Below are positions 33,335 through 36,520 of a stretch of DNA of 36,520 bases, in pieces; position 1 is the stretch's first letter, and every line of letters begins with the position of its first letter. The position numbers and the translations under genes were made by a program. This DNA comes from Octopus bimaculoides (lineage: Eukaryota): NCBI RefSeq assembly GCF_001194135.2, contig NC_068981.1, positions 160,870,016 through 160,906,535 on the forward strand, written 5' to 3'. The notes under the pieces were generated by a model that made no database searches, was not told the DNA's origin, and saw only the letters and a list, made by a program, of their open reading frames with translations.

Positions 33335-36300
33335 TTCTCCCCACTCCCAAATTTCAGGCCTTGTGCCTTTAGCAGAAAGAATTATTATTATTCTCCCCAC
33401 TCCCAACTTTCATGCCTTGTGCCTTTAGCAGAAAGAATTATTATTATTCTTTCTCCCTACCAAAAAAATTTGGGCCTTGTGCCTTCAACAGAAAGAATTA
33501 CTATTATTCTCCCCACTCCCAAATTTCAGGCCTTGTGCCTTTAGCAGAAAGAATAATTATTATTCTTTCTCCCCACCAAAAAAATTTGGGCCTTGTGCCT
33601 TCAACAGAAAGAATTACTATTATTCTCCCCACTCCCAAATTTCAGGCCTTGTGCCTTTAGCAGAAAGGATTATTATTATTATATCTCCCCACCAAAAAAA
33701 TTTCAGGCCTTGTGCCTTTAACACAAAGGATTATTATTATTCTCTCCCCCCAACTCAAAAAAAAAATTTCAAGCCTTGTGCCATTAACACAAAGGATTAT
33801 TATTATTCTTCGCCCTTTCTAAATTTCAGGCCCTGTGCCTTTAGCAGAAAAGATTATTATTATTCTCTCTCCCCACCCAAAAATATCTGGCCTTGTGCGT
33901 TTTATAGAAAGAATTATTATTATTCTCCCCAGTCCCAAATTTCAGGCCTTGAGCCTTTAGCAGAAAGAATTTTTATTATTCTCTCTCCCCCACAAAAAAA
34001 TTTGAGGCTTTGTGCCTTTAGCAGAAAGGATTATTATTATTCTCCCTCCCCACCAAAAAAATTTTGGGCCTTGTGCCTTTAACAGAAAGAATTATTACTC
34101 TTCTCCCCACTCCCAAATTTCAGGCCTTGTGCCTTTAGCAGAAAGGATTATTATTATTCTCTCTCCCCACCAAAAAACNNNNNNNNNNNNNNNNNNNNNN
34201 NNNNNNNNNNNNNNNNNNNNNNNNNNNNNNNNNNNNNNNNNNNNNNNNNNNNNNNNNNNNNNNNNNNNNNNNNNNNNNNNNNNNNNNNNNNNNNNNNNNN
34301 NNNNNNNNNNNNNNNNNNNNNNNNNNNNNNNNNNNNNNNNNNNNNNNNNNNNNNNNNNNNNNNNNNNNNNNNNNNNNNNNNNNNNNNNNNNNNNNNNNNN
34401 NNNNNNNNNNNNNNNNNNNNNNNNNNNNNNNNNNNNNNNNNNNNNNNNNNNNNNNNNNNNNNNNNNNNNNNNNNNNNNNNNNNNNNNNNNNNNNNNNNNN
34501 NNNNNNNNNNNNNNNNNNNNNNNNNNNNNNNNNNNNNNNNNNNNNNNNNNNNNNNNNNNNNNNNNNNNNNNNNNNNNNNNNNNNNNNNNNNNNNNNNNNN
34601 NNNNNNNNNNNNNNNNNNNNNNNNNNNNNNNNNNNNNNNNNNNNNNNNNNNNNNNNNNNNNNNNNNNNNNNNNNNNNNNNNNNNNNNNNNNNCTTCCAAC
34701 CAAAATAATTTGAGGCCTTGTGCCTTTTATAGAAAGAATTATTATTATTCTCCCCACTCCCAATTTTCAGACCTTGTCCCTTTAGCAGAAAGGATTATTA
34801 TTATTCTTTCTCCCCACTAAAAAAATTTGGGGCCTTATGCCTGTAAGAGAAAGAAATATTATCATTCTCCCCACTCCCAAATTTCAGGCCTTGTGCCTAT
34901 AGTAGAAAGGATTATTATTATTCTCTCTCCCCACCGAAAAAATTTCAGGCCTGGTGCCTTTTATAGATAGAATTATTATTCTCCCCACTCCCAAATTTCA
35001 GGCCTTGTGCCTTTAGCAGAAAGGATTATTATTATTCTCTCTCCCCACCAAAAAACATTTCAGGCCTTGTGCCTTTAGAAGAAAGAATTATTATTATTCT
35101 CCCCACTCCCAACTTTCAGGCCTTGTGCCTTTAGCAGAAAGGATAAATATTGTTCTCTCTCCCCACCAAAAAAATTTCAGGCCTTGTGCCTTTTACAGAA
35201 AGTATTATTAGTATTCTCCACCCCTCCCAAATTTCAGGCCTTGTGCCTTTAACAGAAAGAATTATTATTATTCTCCCCATGAAAAAAATTTCAGGCCTTG
35301 TGCCTTTAGCAGAAAGGATTATTATTATTCTCTTCACTCCAAAATTTTCAGGCCTTTTGCCTTTAGCAGAAAGGATTATTATTATTCTCTCTCTCCACCA
35401 AAATAATTTCAGGCCTTGGGCCTTTTATAAGAATTATTATTATTATCCTCCCCACTCCCAAATTTCAGGCCTTGTGCCCTTAGCAGAAAGGATTATTATT
35501 ATTCTCTCTCCACCAAAAAAATTTCAGGCCTTGTGCCTTTAACACAAACTGTTATTATTATTCTCTCCCCCACCAAGAAAAATTTCTGGTCTTCTGCCTT
35601 TAACACAAAGGATTATTATTATACTCCACGCCTTGTGCCTTTAGCAGAAAGGATTATTATTCTCCCCACTCCCAAATTTCAGGACTTCTTCCTTTAGCAG
35701 AAAGGATCATTATTATTCCCCCCCCCCCAATTTCAGTCCTTCTGACTTTAACACAAAGGATTATTATTATTATTCTCCCCAAGAAAATAATTTCAGGCCT
35801 TGTGCCTTGTTCAGAAAGGATTATTATTATTCTCCCCACTCCCAAATTTCAGGCGCTGTGCTTTTAGCAGAAAGGACTATTATTATTCTCTCTCCCCACA
35901 AAGAAATTTCAGGCCTTGTGCTTTTAACTCAAAGGATTATTATTATTCTCCACCCCTCCTAAATTTCAGGCCTTGTGCCTTTAGGAGAAAGGATTATTAT
36001 GACTCTCTCCCCACCAAAAAAATTTCAGGCCTTTTGCCTTTTATAGAAATTATTATTATTCTCCCCAGTCCCAAATTTCAGGCCCTATGACTTTAGCAGA
36101 AAGGATTATTATTATTTTTTCTCCCCACCAAAGAAATTTCGGGCCTCGTGCCTTCAACAGAAATAATTATTATTATTCTCCCGACTCCCAAATTTCAGGC
36201 CTTGTGCCTTTAGCAGAAAAGATTATTATTATTCTCTCTCCCCCACCAAAAAATATCTGGCCTTGTGCGTTTTATAGAAAGAATTATTATTAATCTCCCC

Positions 36301-36520
36301 ACTCCCAAATTTCAGGCCTTGTGCCTTTAACAGAAAGGATTATTATTATTATCTCTCCCCACCAAAAAATTTTCAGGCCTTGTGCCTTTAACAGAAATAA
36401 TTATTATTATTCTCCCGACTCCCAAATTTCAGGCCTTGTGCCTTTAGCAGAAAGGATTATTATTATTCTCTCTCCCCACCAAAAAAATGTTGGGCCTTGT
36501 GCTTTTAACAGAACGGATTA
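33335..36520. repeat. Intronic satellite, ~56-60-bp monomer (ttctccccac..aaatttcaggccttgtgcctttagcagaaag(g/a)attattatta), >3.1 kb, N gap 34179-34692, runs off the window
   Basis: Monomer starts at 33335, 33391, 33451, 33507, 33567 and 33623 (56/60/56/60/56); roughly 45 sequenced copies. Confidence 0.97.

Noticed and set aside
33317-36293. Many ORFs of 60-230 aa in the ORF track
   Set aside because: They are translations of the 56/60-bp satellite and N runs, present in several frames on both strands, with no protein-like complexity.
33335-36520. CRISPR-like array
   Set aside because: Monomers are adjacent with no unique spacers, there are no cas genes, and the context is a eukaryotic intron.

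Overview
Eukaryotic, AT-rich, repeat-dense genomic DNA with six N gaps. It is most likely a coleoid cephalopod (Octopus-type SINEs; inferred from the repeats, not proven). The window holds the first 12 coding exons of a + strand WDR19/IFT144 gene (IFT-A core subunit, N-terminal WD40 region). These give 1350 nt = 450 codons in a continuous frame with GT-AG introns, from ATG at 263 to the donor after 33290; the gene continues past the window. Introns are filled with tRNA-derived SINEs, 3' ends of an RTE-like LINE, degraded RT/RLE and hAT fossils, mariner/piggyBac/hAT MITEs, micro- and minisatellites. The most notable non-genic structures are: a 210-bp-arm near-perfect hairpin (2156-2599); a foldback mariner built from two 3' ends, 14 nt behind an exon donor, with a tandemly reiterated junction (22170-22758); a 272-bp in-place inversion that splits two SINEs (26189-26460); and a >3-kb 56/60-bp satellite whose unit matches a SINE 3' tail (33335-end). 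I found no convincing new protein-coding system. Apart from WDR19 exons and TE fossils, the ORF-track entries are low-complexity or repeat-derived.
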